From: Alistipes sp.
GTDB lineage: Bacteria > Bacteroidota > Bacteroidia > Bacteroidales > Rikenellaceae
Length of the DNA stretch: 64,000 bases
Direction: 5' to 3'
Assembly: GCA_017629145.1 (NCBI GenBank)
Contig: JAGBXR010000042.1
Location: 2,000-65,999, forward strand
Position 1 is the first letter of the stretch, and every line of letters starts with the position of its first letter. A program made the position numbers and the translations under genes. Shown one piece after another: positions 8,684-19,356 of the stretch. The notes under the pieces were generated by a model that saw nothing but the letters and a program-made list of their open reading frames with translations, was not told where the DNA came from and did no database searches.

Positions 8684-11600
8684 CTATCGTACCAATATCA
8701 CATACTCGTTGGCCTCGAGTGAGGCTGTATATGTCGAGCCGAGTGTTACCTCCTCATTAGTCATCAGATTGCGCCACTTGCCTTGGTGTGGTACATCCAC
8801 ACTTGTGGTGCACTTGTAGCTGTTCAGGTTGGCAATCATTATCACGTTGTCCATAACCAGCCTCTTACCACCCATAACATTGTCGCCAACATCCCACTTG
8901 TGTACTGGCAGGTTAGCTCGTCCGTAGATATCCTCGCGCGATGTGCGGAACTGGAGCACCTTCGAGATTGCTGTATAGAGAGCCTTGCGGTTTGAGTCGT
9001 CCGTATAGTTCCAGCGTACAGGCTTACGACTGGTGCGGTCGCCATCCTCGATCGATACATCGTAGCCAAGCTCACCAAATTGCCACATCATCTTCGGATA
9101 GGGCGTGAGGAAATGGAAGGCGTAGACTATCTGTAGGCGCTTCGAGATAACTGCCCAGTCGCTCTTTACCCAGCTCTGACCATAGGTCGCGGCCTTGTAG
9201 GCAATACGCTCTTCGTCGTGCGACTCGATATTGTTTATGCGGCCCTGCTTGAAGTCTGCGAAGCTGCTCTGGTTATCCGAGCCAAACCAACCCATAACGC
9301 TCTCGTTGTAGCCCTTCATCTGGTTATTATTCCAACACATACCGCCTAACAAACTGTACAACTCGTTCTCTTCGGACTGTTCGCAGAAGTGCTCAAAGAT
9401 GATGTATGCATCCTTCTCCACCTCGCGGATGGCATTGGCATACTCCGAAAGAATCCATATACGTTCACTCGAGTATCCGCTTGCATCGTAGTCGCCAGGA
9501 TTCTGCACAAGACCTTTGCTCAAATCGAAGCGGAAGCCATCGACCTTATACTCCTTGAGCCAATATTGCAGCACCTCCTTGAAGTAGTCGCGTGTCTTGT
9601 CGTACAGATGGTTGAAGTCGTGGTATACGCTCCAGTTGTGCGTTGCATACTCGTTGAAGAATGGGTTGCTCGATGTCGTGCGGTTGTTTGTCGAGTCCCA
9701 CCACATCTTAGCCCAGGGGAATTGTCCTGTAGCGTGGTTTATGGCTATGTCTAAAATTATGGCAATACCTCGTTTGTGGCACTCGTCAATAAAGCGCTTA
9801 TATGCCTCCGCTGTGCCGTAGGCCTTGTCGGGTGCAAAGTAGAAGCAGGGGTTGTAGCCCCACGAGTCGTTGCCGTCGAACTCCTGAATTGGCATAAGCT
9901 CAATGGCGTTGATGCCAAGTTCCTCCAGATAGTCGAGTTTTGCATAGGCAGCATCAACCGAACTCTCGCTCGTAAAGTCGCGCAACAACATCTCGTATAT
10001 GGCCAACGACTCTTCTGCTGGGCGGTCGAAGTCGGTTATTGTCCACTCATACTCCTTGGGGTTAAGTTCAAATACCGATACAATGTCCGAGGTGTAAGAC
10101 GATGGGTACGACTTGAGATTGGGATAAACCGATGAGCTGATCCACTTGTCGTTCCACGGATCGAGAATCTTGCGTGAGTAGGGGTCGGCAACCTTTATCG
10201 AGCCATCGACAAGATACTGATATCCATACTCCTTGTTGCACTCGAGGCCGTCAACCGTAATCCAGAAGTAGTTGCCATCGCGTTTCATCTTATATGCCTC
10301 GCTCGACTTGTAGTTGTTGAACTCGCCGAGAAGTGTCACAGAATTCTTACCCGGTGCGTATAGCACAAAAGTTGCCGAGTTGCCATCTACATTTACTCCA
10401 TCCTTTGCGCCAGCAGGCAACGTCTCGCTCGATATAGCACCCTGCACATCGAGGAATATATCCTTGCCATTATCCTTTACCTCGAGTTTGCCATCGGCCG
10501 AGCGGAAGACGAATGCGAGTTTATCGATAGACTCGCTATCGGCAACCTTATAGAATGCGCGAGGACCACCAGTGATTGTGAGTGACCACACGTTGTTATC
10601 GATGCGTTTCAGCTTGCATTCGCTGATATTTGTAGACCACGAAGCCTTCATATACTTCCAGTCGCTCGATTGTTTGCTCAAGTTGGTGATAACACCCGTA
10701 TGAGCATACAAATCCCCGGTGAAGCCATCAGCCGCTGTGCCCTTGGTGTTGAGCAAAACAACCACATCGTCAGTCATCGATTCGGTGATGAGCGATGGTA
10801 CTGATGATATAAGCGGAAGATTCGAGGTTGCTATATCTGCATCGTGCTCCACACTCTGCATTGGCGTGATGTGGTTGCGCTCGATGGTGATATCCCTGTC
10901 GGTGCGAAGTGCCATCGGCTTGTAGCCATCGCAGCAAATCTCCAGCGTGAAGCCTTTGGAAAAGCGTTGAGGCACGAGCGCAAAGTAGAAGGAGGTAGTC
11001 TCGTTGGATAGTGCTACACCCTCGCCGCAGTCGATGCAGAGCGACTTGTTTTTTGTGCCATTAGCCGCAAATTTGGCCTCGGCTGTAGCGGTATCAATCG
11101 TAATATCGCCAGCCATCTGCTCGCCATTGTTACCCTTGAGTGTAATGCTCTCGACGATTTTACCCTTGCCCGTAAGCTCTACGCGCAGCCATCCGTAAAC
11201 GTTCTTCAGCCCAAAGTGCATAAATTCGTTCTGCGACACCATAACATTATCCCCTATGCCGTAGCTATTCTCGGCATAGTGCTGCGTGTCTGGCATCGTA
11301 AACTCTATCTCTCCGCTCGTGTTGATATAGCGATATTCCTCGTTGTATGGATATGCCACGACTGCGCGGTTGTTTGTCGCGCTCTTCACTCCCTCATCGA
11401 TGCAGTGCAGCTCGGCTATGCGAACGCCGCTCTCGCCATCGTAGATCCACTTCTGATTAGCATCCGAGCGATTAAATACCGAGACCATATCCCCTGATGT
11501 CCACACCGTTCTGCGCTCATTATCAAGCTCGATACGTGTGTCGTCTGAATCAAATCCTATGGTGATAAAAGTTGGCTGCTCGGCTCTATTGGCTGTCAGT

Positions 11601-11689
11601 TCGTTGATGTCGTTTTGCGTACACGCCACCAAGCAGAGTGTGCCAAGAAGGGTGAATATAAGTCGATTCATATTCTTAATTTTTGCCAT
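8684..11689 (-). CDS. Lipoprotein: fimbrillin-like N-terminus + carbohydrate-binding modules + GH13 alpha-amylase domain
   Basis: LVAC lipobox, DDTRIEL..TVWTSGDMVSVF; IYEMLLRDF, LGINAIELMP, SWGY, DGFRFDL, ESHDEER. Confidence 0.85.
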   Translation of the reverse strand: MAKIKNMNRLIFTLLGTLCLVACTQNDINELTANRAEQPTFITIGFDSDDTRIELDNERRTVWTSGDMVSVFNRSDANQKWIYDGESGVRIAELHCIDEGVKSATNNRAVVAYPYNEEYRYINTSGEIEFTMPDTQHYAENSYGIGDNVMVSQNEFMHFGLKNVYGWLRVELTGKGKIVESITLKGNNGEQMAGDITIDTATAEAKFAANGTKNKSLCIDCGEGVALSNETTSFYFALVPQRFSKGFTLEICCDGYKPMALRTDRDITIERNHITPMQSVEHDADIATSNLPLISSVPSLITESMTDDVVVLLNTKGTAADGFTGDLYAHTGVITNLSKQSSDWKYMKASWSTNISECKLKRIDNNVWSLTITGGPRAFYKVADSESIDKLAFVFRSADGKLEVKDNGKDIFLDVQGAISSETLPAGAKDGVNVDGNSATFVLYAPGKNSVTLLGEFNNYKSSEAYKMKRDGNYFWITVDGLECNKEYGYQYLVDGSIKVADPYSRKILDPWNDKWISSSVYPNLKSYPSSYTSDIVSVFELNPKEYEWTITDFDRPAEESLAIYEMLLRDFTSESSVDAAYAKLDYLEELGINAIELMPIQEFDGNDSWGYNPCFYFAPDKAYGTAEAYKRFIDECHKRGIAIILDIAINHATGQFPWAKMWWDSTNNRTTSSNPFFNEYATHNWSVYHDFNHLYDKTRDYFKEVLQYWLKEYKVDGFRFDLSKGLVQNPGDYDASGYSSERIWILSEYANAIREVEKDAYIIFEHFCEQSEENELYSLLGGMCWNNNQMKGYNESVMGWFGSDNQSSFADFKQGRINNIESHDEERIAYKAATYGQSWVKSDWAVISKRLQIVYAFHFLTPYPKMMWQFGELGYDVSIEDGDRTSRKPVRWNYTDDSNRKALYTAISKVLQFRTSREDIYGRANLPVHKWDVGDNVMGGKRLVMDNVIMIANLNSYKCTTSVDVPHQGKWRNLMTNEEVTLGSTYTASLEANEYVILVR

Positions 11690-11823
11690 TTCGGCTAATT
11701 TTTGTGTTTGTGTACGAAAAATCGACTAAAGGTACGAATAAATTATTAAAGGACAAATCTTGATATTAGCTTTAGTCGTTTCTAATAGTGCTACGTTGTC
11801 GTTATGCCTGCTTATAAAAGAAG

Positions 11824-11857
11824 AGGGACTGTCCTTCATATTCGCCGGACAGTCCCT
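11824..11857 (-). terminator. Terminator of rny
   Basis: AGGGACTGTCC / GGACAGTCCCT inverted repeat with adjacent T-rich tail on the minus strand. Confidence 0.7.
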
Positions 11858-11878
11858 TACTATCGAATAATTCGATTT

Positions 11879-13408
11879 CTACTTTGCGTACGATACAGAG
11901 CGAGTCTCGCGGATAACCGTAATCTTCACCTGACCTGGGTAGGTCATCTCGTCCTGAATCTTCTTTGCGATGTCGTGTGACAATGCTTCCGACTCCTGAT
12001 CCGAGAGCTTGTCGGCGCCAACAATCACGCGTAGCTCACGACCAGCCTGGATAGCGTAGGTCTTAACAACGCCAGGGTATGAGAGAGCGATACCCTCCAT
12101 CTCCTTCAGACGCTTGATGTACGACTCTACAACCTCGCGACGAGCACCTGGACGAGCACCCGAGATTGCATCACACACCTGGATGATTGGTGCGATAAGC
12201 GATGTCATCTCTGCCTCGTCGTGGTGAGCACCGATAGCGTTGCATACATCTGGCTTCTCCTTGTACTTCTCGGCAAGCTTCATACCGATAATTGCGTGTG
12301 GCAACTCTGGCTCATCATCGGGCACCTTGCCAATATCGTGCAAAAGACCTGCGCGGCGTGCTGCCTTAGGATTAAGACCAAGCTCGGCAGCCATAATACC
12401 TGCGAGGTTTGCGGTCTCACGTGCGTGCTGCAAGAGGTTCTGACCATATGACGAACGATACTTCATCTTACCGATAAGACGAATAAGCTCTGGGTGCAAA
12501 CCGTGGATACCTAGGTCGATAGTTGTGCGCTTACCTACCTCAACAATCTCCTCCTCAATCTGCTTCTTAACCTTTGCTACAACCTCCTCGATACGTGCTG
12601 GGTGGATACGGCCATCGGTTACGAGCTGGTGCAAAGCGAGGCGTGCGATCTCGCGGCGTACTGGATCGAAACCCGAAAGGATGATAGCCTCTGGGGTGTC
12701 GTCTACGATAATCTCGATACCTGTAGCTGCCTCCAAGGCGCGGATATTACGACCCTCACGACCGATGATACGGCCCTTGACCTCGTCCGACTCGATGTTG
12801 AACACCGTAACAGCATTCTCGATAGCTGTCTCGGTTGCTACACGCTGGATAGATGCTACAACGATACGCTTTGCCTCCTTTGTAGCTGAGAGTTTTGCCT
12901 CCTCGATAGTCTCCGAGATATATGCAGCTGCCTCGGCTTTAGCCTCGGCCTTCATATTCTCGATAAGGATGTTCTTTGCCTCTTCAGAGCTCAAACCAGA
13001 GATCTGCTCCAAACGCATATTCTGCTCCTTGATAGCTGCTGCAAGCTCCTCCTTGCGTGTCTCGACACTCTGAAGCTGTGTGTCAAGCTGCTCGCGACGA
13101 CGGTCGCACTCTGCCGACTTCTTCTCCAACTCGCGCTCCTTGTGCTGAAGGTTAGCCTCTGTCTGCTTGGCGCGCTGCTCACTCTGCTGCAACTTCTGGT
13201 TGCGCTCGTTGACCTGTCGGTCGTGCTCGCTTTTAAGCTGAATAAACTTCTCCTTGGCCTGGAGCATCTTCTCTTTCTTTATCATTTCGCCGTCTGCCTC
13301 CGCCTTTGCGACGATGGCTTTAGCACGTGAACGTGCTGCGAAGTAGGCGATAAATCCGCCTGCCAACGCTGCAATCACTGCACCGACGATTATCAAGATA
13401 CTTTCCAT
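11879..13408 (-). CDS. rny: Ribonuclease Y
   Basis: N-terminal TM, coiled coil, KH ([10 protein letters not shown]), HD (LLHDIGK). Confidence 0.97.
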   Translation of the reverse strand: MESILIIVGAVIAALAGGFIAYFAARSRAKAIVAKAEADGEMIKKEKMLQAKEKFIQLKSEHDRQVNERNQKLQQSEQRAKQTEANLQHKERELEKKSAECDRRREQLDTQLQSVETRKEELAAAIKEQNMRLEQISGLSSEEAKNILIENMKAEAKAEAAAYISETIEEAKLSATKEAKRIVVASIQRVATETAIENAVTVFNIESDEVKGRIIGREGRNIRALEAATGIEIIVDDTPEAIILSGFDPVRREIARLALHQLVTDGRIHPARIEEVVAKVKKQIEEEIVEVGKRTTIDLGIHGLHPELIRLIGKMKYRSSYGQNLLQHARETANLAGIMAAELGLNPKAARRAGLLHDIGKVPDDEPELPHAIIGMKLAEKYKEKPDVCNAIGAHHDEAEMTSLIAPIIQVCDAISGARPGARREVVESYIKRLKEMEGIALSYPGVVKTYAIQAGRELRVIVGADKLSDQESEALSHDIAKKIQDEMTYPGQVKITVIRETRSVSYAK

Positions 13409-13458
13409 AGATAATTTGGTGTTTTAATATATTGAATTTTTAGGTTTTGCAATAAAAA

Positions 13459-13657
13459 ACCCGCATCTATTCCTTAACTTGTTTGACGAATCCGCAGATA
13501 AGTCATAAGTGGGGCTCCGTGGCTCGCAATAGTCCACTGGTGTTGCAAGCAACACACCCCGAAGGGTTGAGGCCTTATTTTGTAGCTCTTCACGAGAGTT
13601 GTCCCAATGTTATATAAATTGTACAGTTCGCAAAGCTTTTAAGGAATCTATGCGGGT
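13459..13657 (-). ncRNA. ssrS: Probable 6S RNA
   Basis: About 200 nt non-coding segment between zapA and rny, the usual 6S position; ends pair (ACCCGCAT-CT-ATTCCTTAA / TTAAGGAAT-CT-ATGCGGGT) into a long rod; A-run (U tail on minus strand) follows. Confidence 0.75.
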
Positions 13658-13752
13658 AGATTTCTATATTCAAAAAGAACGCAGGCATCGTTTCGTCTCG
13701 GGCGATACCAACCCATAATATTCTCTGCCAAAAATCTCGCCAATCTCGGGCG

Positions 13753-14043
13753 TTACTCCTTGACGTAGTCGCGTATAAGTTTCTCGATAGCTCTCAACTC
13801 CTCGATATCTTTGTCTCCGAGTGATGAGCTATGCTCTGTAGTTAGTGCAAGTATCGAGTAACGGAGTGCAGCCATAGCCAGTCTGTCCTGCATATCGAAT
13901 TTGGGTATGCGAGCATACTCCGTAATCTTCTCGTTGAGTCGTTTGCCAGCCTCACGATACAACTCCTCGTTGGCCGCATCGATGGTCATCGGATAGCTCT
14001 TACCTGCAATTGTAAGTGTTATTTTAATCTTTCCATCAGCCAT
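13753..14043 (-). CDS. zapA: Cell division protein ZapA
   Basis: ITLTIAGKSYPM..EELYREAG..LAMAAL; conserved position upstream of 6S/rny. Confidence 0.85.
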   Translation of the reverse strand: MADGKIKITLTIAGKSYPMTIDAANEELYREAGKRLNEKITEYARIPKFDMQDRLAMAALRYSILALTTEHSSSLGDKDIEELRAIEKLIRDYVKE

Positions 14044-14046
14044 CTT

Positions 14047-14355
14047 TTACTCCTCCTGCTTTTCCTCTTTATACTTAAGTGCCGCAATGCAACGATCTAC
14101 CTCCCGCAGTAGGTTATTTACTCGTTTGCGTGCTCTCTCAACGTCGCCTCCCGTGCCGCGCATTACATCGCTGAGCTCGCTGCTGCGCAGACGTGTGTCC
14201 AACTCGCGCACCTTCTCCTCGAGGCGGCGCTTGTCGCGCTGCAATGCGTCGCGCTCTTTGATAAGCTCGCGACATTCGGCGGCAATTCGCCTGTGGTCGG
14301 CAATGAGTCGTTCGACCTCTTTACGCAACTTTTCGACAATATCTGCGTGTGCCAT
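14047..14355 (-). CDS. Coiled-coil protein upstream of zapA (ZapB-like)
   Basis: All-helical heptads ending ARKRVNNLLREVDRCIAAL. Confidence 0.75.
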   Translation of the reverse strand: MAHADIVEKLRKEVERLIADHRRIAAECRELIKERDALQRDKRRLEEKVRELDTRLRSSELSDVMRGTGGDVERARKRVNNLLREVDRCIAALKYKEEKQEE

Positions 14356-14528
14356 AAGACAACGTTCTATCTATTAACGCTCAAAGATAGACATTTTTTG
14401 GCTAATGGCAAAATTTTTTGTCCAAAAAACGCCTCTATTTCCACATCAACAAAACAAATTAACCCACGCGGCGAGCCTCTTTCTGCTCCTCCTGCGTGGG
14501 TTAATATGCTGAATTGCTGACCTATCTT

Positions 14529-15824
14529 TTACTTAATCAGGCGTGCATAAAGATCGTAATCCTCGGCATCGGTAATCTCTACTTCGTAGAACTTTCCGCG
14601 CATAAGACGCTTACCCTGGCTATCTATTACCAGCTCCTGGTCTACCTCTGGCGAGTCATACTCCGAGCGACCAATATAGAAATCACCCTCCTTGCGGTCG
14701 ATAATTACGCGCATCTTCTGACCAATGCGTCGTGCATTATTCTCGAGCGATATGCGCTCCTGCAAACGCATAATGCGCTCCACGCGGCTCTGCTTAACAT
14801 CCTCCTCTACATCGTCGCTAAGCTGCGTAGCAGAGTATGTGCCCTCCTCCTCGGAGTAGGCAAACACACCAAGACGGTCGAAGCAACAGTCGCGTACGAA
14901 CTGCATAAGTTCTGCGAAATCATCCTCGGTCTCGGTAGGGTAGCCAACAAGCAGTGTCGTGCGAAGTGCAATGTCGGGAATCGCCTTGCGTAGCTTCTCC
15001 ACAAGGGCATAGGCATCAGCTTTTGTATGGCGACGCTTCATAGCCTTGAGCTGGTTGTCCGAGATGTGCTGGAATGGTATATCCAAATAGCGGCATATCT
15101 TCTTCTCACGCGCCATAACCTCGATGACCTGATCGGGGAAGTCGGTAGGGTAGGCATAGTGCAGACGTATCCACTCAATCTTCTCGATGCGGCAAAGACG
15201 CTCCAAAAGCTCGGCAAGTTTACGCTCGCCGTAGAGATCTACGCCGTAGTATGTCGTATCCTGTGCGATCACCATAAGCTCGCGTACGCCCTTCTCGGCA
15301 AGAAGCTCTGCCTCGGCAACGAGCTGCTCCATAGGTACAGACTTGTGGCGGCCACGGATTAGCGGAATAGCGCAGTAGCCACACATCCAGTTGCAACCTT
15401 CCGAAATCTTAAGGTAGGCGTAGTGACTTGGTGTAGAGATCTCGCGACGAGTCTCGACCTCCTTATTGTACTTTGCACCAAGACGAGCAACGATATCTGC
15501 CCAGTCGTTAACACCGAAGAAGTCGTCCACCTCGGGGAGCTCGGGACGTAGCTCATCGGCATAGCGCTGCGAGAGGCAACCTACGACAAATAGCTCCTCG
15601 ATGCGACCCTCGCTCTTGAGCTGTGCTGCGCGAAGAATCGTATCGATAGACTCCTGCTTTGCATCGCCAATAAAGCCGCAGGTGTTGATAACAACCACAT
15701 CGGCATCAGTGCGATCACTATCGAATACAATCTTGTAACCCACCTCGGCAAGCTGTGCTGCCAGATGCTCCGAGTCTACGGTATTCTTCGAACATCCGAG
15801 AGTTATAATGTTGATTTTCTTCAT
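14529..15824 (-). CDS. rimO: Ribosomal protein S12 methylthiotransferase
   Basis: LGCSKNTVDSE, NTCGFI, radical SAM CNWMCGYC, SPEVD TRAM region. Confidence 0.96.
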   Translation of the reverse strand: MKKINIITLGCSKNTVDSEHLAAQLAEVGYKIVFDSDRTDADVVVINTCGFIGDAKQESIDTILRAAQLKSEGRIEELFVVGCLSQRYADELRPELPEVDDFFGVNDWADIVARLGAKYNKEVETRREISTPSHYAYLKISEGCNWMCGYCAIPLIRGRHKSVPMEQLVAEAELLAEKGVRELMVIAQDTTYYGVDLYGERKLAELLERLCRIEKIEWIRLHYAYPTDFPDQVIEVMAREKKICRYLDIPFQHISDNQLKAMKRRHTKADAYALVEKLRKAIPDIALRTTLLVGYPTETEDDFAELMQFVRDCCFDRLGVFAYSEEEGTYSATQLSDDVEEDVKQSRVERIMRLQERISLENNARRIGQKMRVIIDRKEGDFYIGRSEYDSPEVDQELVIDSQGKRLMRGKFYEVEITDAEDYDLYARLIK

Positions 15825-15836
15825 TTTAGTAGTGTA

Positions 15837-17072
15837 TTATTTGTTGGCCTCGCCAAACATTGCGCGTACAAATTCGTGGCGGTCGAACATCTTAAGCTGG
15901 TCGACACCCTCGCCGATACCGATATATCGTACAGGGATGTGGAACTTGTCGCTGATACCAATCACAACACCACCCTTGGCTGTGCCATCGAGCTTGGTAA
16001 TCGTAAGCGAAGTCACCTGTGTAGCCTCTGTAAACTGCTTGGCCTGCTCGAAGGCATTCTGACCTGTAGAACCATCCAATACGAGCATAACCTCGTGTGG
16101 TGCATCGGGAATAACCTTCGACATCACGTTGCGAATCTTGGTAAGCTCCTTCATCAAGCCTACCTTGTTGTGCAGACGGCCTGCGGTGTCGATAAGCACC
16201 ACATCAGCGCCATTTGCAACAGCCGAGCTAAGTGTGTCGTAAGCAACCGATGCTGGGTCCGAGCCCATCTCTTGGCGAATCATCGTTGCACCGGCTCTGT
16301 CTGCCCATACGGCGAGCTGGTCGATTGCCGCAGCGCGGAACGTGTCGGCAGCACCAATATATACCTTGCGGCCAGCTTTGCGAAGCTGTGCTGCGAGCTT
16401 ACCGATAGTTGTGGTCTTACCAGCGCCATTCACGCCTACAACCATCATAACATATGGGTAGCCCTCCTTAACCTCGATACCGAAATCCTTTGTCGAGCGG
16501 TGCGACTCCTCCATAAGCTGTGCAATCTCATCGCGCAGAATGGCGTGAAGCTCCGAGGTGTTCATATACTTGTCGCGTGCTACACGCGCCTCGATACGCT
16601 CGATAATCTTTACGGTGGTATCAACGCCTACATCCGACGTTATAAGCACCTCCTCAAGGTCGTCCAGTACATCGGCATCTACCGTTGTGCGACCAGCGAT
16701 AGCACGCTTAAGCTTACCAAAGAAACCCTCCTTTGTGCGCTCAAGACCTACAGCAAGCTCCTTACGCTCCTGCTCGATGTCTATTTCGTCGTCATCCTCC
16801 TCCTCCACAGCAGGTGCAGAAGTGCTGACCTCGTCGTTTGTAGCCTTGACTACGCTTTCAAGCGTGGTTGTTGTTACAAACTCTGGTGCGGCACTCTCGG
16901 TGATGCTGACCTTAGGTGTGGTACTCTCGACTGTTGTCTCCGCTGTGACCTCTGGCTCGGGTGCAGCCGTCACTTCGGGCGCAACGCTCTCCTCGGGGCT
17001 TGCTGCGATAGGTGTCGTAGACTTTGGCTCCTCGGTAGTCTTTTTCTTTTTGAACAAATCAAAAAATCCCAT
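15837..17072 (-). CDS. ftsY: SRP receptor FtsY
   Basis: GVNGAGKTTTIGKLA, DTFRAAA, DTAGRL, TKLDGTAKGG. Confidence 0.97.
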   Translation of the reverse strand: MGFFDLFKKKKTTEEPKSTTPIAASPEESVAPEVTAAPEPEVTAETTVESTTPKVSITESAAPEFVTTTTLESVVKATNDEVSTSAPAVEEEDDDEIDIEQERKELAVGLERTKEGFFGKLKRAIAGRTTVDADVLDDLEEVLITSDVGVDTTVKIIERIEARVARDKYMNTSELHAILRDEIAQLMEESHRSTKDFGIEVKEGYPYVMMVVGVNGAGKTTTIGKLAAQLRKAGRKVYIGAADTFRAAAIDQLAVWADRAGATMIRQEMGSDPASVAYDTLSSAVANGADVVLIDTAGRLHNKVGLMKELTKIRNVMSKVIPDAPHEVMLVLDGSTGQNAFEQAKQFTEATQVTSLTITKLDGTAKGGVVIGISDKFHIPVRYIGIGEGVDQLKMFDRHEFVRAMFGEANK

Positions 17073-17092
17073 ATCTATTCTCTGTTTTTAGT

Positions 17093-18250
17093 TTATTCTT
17101 CGTATAGTAAATATTTGGCTCTTAATATCTTAAACTCTGCAATATCCTCTGCCCAGCGACTCTCGATCGTCTTGGCATCAGCGCCTTCGATAATCATTTG
17201 TCGTACATAATCCACGCCTATCAGCTTCTCGAACATCTGCGTGAAAAACTTCTCGCCAATATTCAGGTCGCGGTATGCATCGATTACATATTCGAGGTTG
17301 ATGCCCTCGCTGATTATCGCCTCATCTGACACATTGCGAAGATCCTCGCCATAGCACACCTTGCCTTCGTGTGGCGGATTCTTCGAGCCGCTGTTGGGCT
17401 GTGGCGTGAAGCTATACTCTCGATTGCGCATATCGGGGTGTCCGTATACCTCGAATGGTGCATCTGTTCCGCGTCCGAGACTTACCACCGTACCCTCGAA
17501 GAGACAGGTCGTAGGGTAGAGGTATATGGAGTGCTGTGTGGGTAGATTTGGCGATGGTGTAATCGGCAGAATGTAGCGCGTCTGGTGGTTGTAGTTGCGA
17601 CAACGTACGACCTCTAAATCGGCGCTCTTAACCCATCCTTCGCCAATAGCCATCACTGCAATCTCTCCCATCGTGAGTCCGTGTACTACGGGTATAGGCA
17701 ACCATCCCACGCCCGACTTATACTTCATATCGAGTATCGGGCCATCTACATAGCTACCATTGGGGTTGGGGCGGTCCAGGACTATTACCTTGCAGCCAAA
17801 GTCAGCACACGCATCAATCATTCGTATCATAGATATATAATAGGTATAGAACCTTAATCCTACATCCTGCATATCTACGATAAGTGTGTCGAACGAACGC
17901 ATCACCTCATCCGAGGGGCGTTGTGTATTGCCGTCATAGAGCGAGAGTATCGCCACTCCTGTACGTTCGTCTACCGAATTTTGCACCTTTGCGCCAGCCT
18001 CTACGTGTCCGCGAAAGCCGTGCTCGGGAGCAAATATGCCTACAAGGTCGATGCCTCGGCGATGAAGCATATCCACAAGGTGTTCATCTTCCGAGTACAT
18101 AGCCGTATGGTTAGCCAATACAGCTACGCGTCTGCCCTCGAGCTGCGGCATATAGGCGAGGGTGTCGGTAGCTCCTACCAACACCTCCTGTGCCGATGCT
18201 GCGAATGCTGCACAGAGCAGCGCAATAGCTATGTATAGTCTTCTAACCAT
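17093..18250 (-). CDS. DUF1343 / NamZ-like exo-beta-N-acetylmuramidase
   Basis: FAPEHGFRG, DMQDVGLRFYTY, LDRPNP, PSPNLP. Confidence 0.88.
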   Translation of the reverse strand: MVRRLYIAIALLCAAFAASAQEVLVGATDTLAYMPQLEGRRVAVLANHTAMYSEDEHLVDMLHRRGIDLVGIFAPEHGFRGHVEAGAKVQNSVDERTGVAILSLYDGNTQRPSDEVMRSFDTLIVDMQDVGLRFYTYYISMIRMIDACADFGCKVIVLDRPNPNGSYVDGPILDMKYKSGVGWLPIPVVHGLTMGEIAVMAIGEGWVKSADLEVVRCRNYNHQTRYILPITPSPNLPTQHSIYLYPTTCLFEGTVVSLGRGTDAPFEVYGHPDMRNREYSFTPQPNSGSKNPPHEGKVCYGEDLRNVSDEAIISEGINLEYVIDAYRDLNIGEKFFTQMFEKLIGVDYVRQMIIEGADAKTIESRWAEDIAEFKILRAKYLLYEE

Positions 18251-18252
18251 TA

Positions 18253-19353
18253 TTAGCAGTTAAGCAAGTACTCCTTGATAAATCCATCCAACTCGCCATC
18301 CATCACAGCCTCGACATTCGATGTCTGAAAGCCCGTACGATGATCCTTCACGCGGCGGTCGTCGAAGACGTAGCTACGTATCTGCGATCCCCACTCGATA
18401 CGCTTCTTCGTAGCCTCTAAGGCCTGCTGTGTTGCCATACGCTTGTCCAGCTCTCGCTGATAGAGCTTCGAGCGAAGAATACGCATAGCATTCTCGCGGT
18501 TCATAAGTTGGGAGCGAGTCTCCATATTTTCGATAAGGAACTCCACAGGCTCGCCCGTTTCGGCATCCTTACCGTGGTAGCGCAGACGTACGGCTGTCTC
18601 CACCTTATTGACATTCTGACCACCAGCACCACTTGAGCGGAAGGTGTCCCACTCGTAGTCGGCAGGCGAGATGTTGATCTCGATAGTGTCGTCTACTGCT
18701 GGCGCGATAAATACAGAAGCGAAGGTCGTTTGGCGCTTGTTGTTGGCGTTGAATGGCGAGAGACGCACCATACGATGCACGCCACTCTCGCTACGCAGAT
18801 AGCCGTAGGCATACTCGCCCTCGAACTCCAGTGTGCAGGACTTAACGCCTACCTCGTCGCCAGCCTGGTAGTTTGCCACCTTTACCGTATAGCCGTGAGC
18901 CTCGCCCCAGCGCGTATACATACGCATAAGCATCTGCGCCCAGTCTAAGGCCTCTGTGCCACCAGCACCAGCGTTGATATCCATAATTGCTCCGAGCTTA
19001 TCCTCCTTGCCCGAGAGCATCTGTCGAAGTTCACACTTCTCGACAAGCTCCTGCGCTGCGAGGTATTGTTCCTCGGCTTCCGCCTCGGTGAGCACTCCCT
19101 CGGCAACAAAGTCGGGGATGAGCGCAAGGTCCTCCACAGCACGCGACACACGCTCCCACTCCTCGATGACGGCCTTTATGTCGGCAACCTTCTTAAGCTG
19201 CTTACGTGCCTCATCGGGGTTGTCCCAGAAGTTGGGTTCCTCGGTGCGCTCCTGCTCGTTCTCAAGTTCGATGCGTCGCTGCTCGATATCGATAGATGTT
19301 TCGAGCTTTGCACATCGAGTCTTAAGCTCGTTTATCTGCTCGGGTGAAACCAT
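18253..19353 (-). CDS. prfB: Peptide chain release factor 2 (single ORF, no programmed frameshift)
   Basis: GAGGTEA, SPF specificity motif, GGQ, WGSQIRSYV. Confidence 0.96.
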   Translation of the reverse strand: MVSPEQINELKTRCAKLETSIDIEQRRIELENEQERTEEPNFWDNPDEARKQLKKVADIKAVIEEWERVSRAVEDLALIPDFVAEGVLTEAEAEEQYLAAQELVEKCELRQMLSGKEDKLGAIMDINAGAGGTEALDWAQMLMRMYTRWGEAHGYTVKVANYQAGDEVGVKSCTLEFEGEYAYGYLRSESGVHRMVRLSPFNANNKRQTTFASVFIAPAVDDTIEINISPADYEWDTFRSSGAGGQNVNKVETAVRLRYHGKDAETGEPVEFLIENMETRSQLMNRENAMRILRSKLYQRELDKRMATQQALEATKKRIEWGSQIRSYVFDDRRVKDHRTGFQTSNVEAVMDGELDGFIKEYLLNC

Positions 19354-19356
19354 ACG

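Noticed and set aside
15765-17210. 481-aa plus-strand ORF
   Set aside because: Antisense shadow of ftsY; no protein motifs
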